Positions 62,555-64,000 of a stretch of DNA of 64,000 nucleotides are shown here, in pieces; position 1 is the first letter of the stretch, and each line of letters opens with the position of its first letter. Origin of the DNA: Squalus acanthias (lineage: Eukaryota); contig CM059432.1 of assembly GCA_030390025.1 (NCBI GenBank), positions 140,618,001 to 140,682,000 of the forward strand, in the 5' to 3' direction. The notes below the pieces were generated by a model. The model saw nothing but the letters and a program-made list of their open reading frames with translations. It was not told the origin of the DNA and searched no databases. Both the position numbers and the translations under genes were made by a program.

Positions 62555-63932
62555 AAGAAAGAAAAGAACGAAAGACTTGCGTTTATGTCGCGCCTTGCAC
62601 GACCTCAGGGCGTCCCAAAGTGATTTACAGCCAATGAAGTACTTTTGAAGCAAAGTCACCAATGTACCCTCGAATTATTTTTTTTTGGTGCGCAGTCCCT
62701 TTAAATTTGCTGTGCGGTATCTTTTCCAGCGGCAGCAGCTGGCGAGCGGCCTGCGGGGACCTCCCGATCGGTGCGCGTTCGCGCACCTTAGAGGGAACAT
62801 TGGTAGTCACTGATGTATTGTGGGAAACGCGGCAGCCAATTTGCGCACAGCAAGCTCCCACAAACAGCAATGAGATGAATGACCAGATAATCTGCTATTT
62901 TAGTGATGTGGGTTGAGGGTTAAATATTGGCCCGGACACCGGGGAAAACTCCCCCCTGTTCTTCTTCAAGATAGTGCCTTGGGATCTTTTCCATCCACCT
63001 GAGAGGGCAGACGGGGGCCTCGGTTTAACATCTCATCCAAAAGGCAGCATCTCCAACAGTGCAGCACTCCCTCGGTACTGCCCTAGCATCTCAACCTAGA
63101 TTTTTTGCTCAAACCTCTAGAGTGGTTCTTGAACCCACAACCTTTATGACTCATAAGAACATAAGAACATAAGAAATAGGAGCAGGAGTAGGCCAATCGG
63201 CCCTTCGAGCCTGCTCCGCCATTCAATAAGATCATGGCTGATCTGATCCTCACCTCAAATCTAAAGAACACAAGAAGTAGGAGCAGGACCTGGCCACTCA
63301 GCCCCTGGGCCCGCTACGCCACCCACAGGGCCTCGACCGATCCGAACTCAGCCTCATGTCCAATTTCCTGCCCGCTCCCCGTAACCCCTAATTCACTTTA
63401 CTTCTAGGAAACTGTCTATTTCTGTTTTAAATTTATTTAATGATGTAGCTTCCACAGCTTCCTGGGGCAGCAAATTCCACAGACCTACTACCCTCTGAGT
63501 GAAGAAGTTTCTCCTCATCTCAGTTTTGAAAGAGCAGCCCCTTATTCTAAGATTATGCCCCCTAGTTCTAGTTTCACCCATCCTTAGGAACATCCTTACC
63601 GCATCCACCCGATCAAGCCCCTTCACAATCTTATATGTTTCAATAAGATCGCCTCTCACTCTTCTGAACTCCAATGAGTAGAGTCCCAATCTACCCAACC
63701 TCTCCTCATATGTCCACCCCCTCATCCCCGGGATTAACCGAGTGAACCTTCTTTGTACTGCCTCGAGAGCAAGTATGTCTTTTCTTAAGTATGGACACCA
63801 AAACTGTATGCAGTATTCCAGGTGCGGTCTCACCAATACCTTATATAACTGCAGCAATACCTCCCTGTTTTTATAATCTATCCCCCTAGCAATAAAGCTG
63901 ACAGGGCTACCAACTGAGCCACAGTGGACACT
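62555..63932 (-). mobile_element. DeuSINE interrupted by a hAT MITE (62660-62802) and CR1 3' sequence (~63154-63895)
   Basis: The SINE is collinear once the inserts are removed. CR1 peptide LVRPHLEYCIQFW…NFFTQRVVGLWN. Confidence 0.9.
62660..62802. mobile_element. hAT-type MITE
   Basis: TIRs caatgtaccctc / gagggaacattg. 8-bp flanks aaagtcac / gtagtcac duplicate the SINE's gtagtcac site. Confidence 0.85.
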
Positions 63933-64000
63933 GGACGGGTGGGTAGAGGCTCATATGGAGCATTAACACCGGCATAGACCAGTGGGGCCGAATGGGCTGT

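Overview
Eukaryotic, very repeat-rich DNA, almost certainly from a cartilaginous fish (shark). It carries Deu-domain tRNA-SINEs of the SacSINE1/AmnSINE1 type, L2, CR1 and RTE LINE fragments, Penelope terminal repeats and DNA transposons. I could not confidently identify a host protein-coding gene; a few weak candidate exons are flagged. The main structure is a PIF/Harbinger system. One TIR-to-TIR element (3029-6602) has a convergent DDE transposase and Myb/SANT DNA-binding gene, both disabled. Two other coding-type Harbinger copies lie at 1-607 and ~16904-19170, and at least four MITEs share the same terminal motif, some with conserved internal hairpins and clustered splice donors. Other signals: minimal hammerhead ribozyme motifs in Penelope repeats, a ~1.7-kb 29-bp GATA/AGTTCA minisatellite, a telomere-variant-like GGGTCA array, a fold-back inverted SINE duplication, a long-TIR palindromic element and a ~140-bp local duplication. 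Boundaries of degenerate repeats are approximate, all alignments were done by eye, and minor repeat fragments are not all listed.
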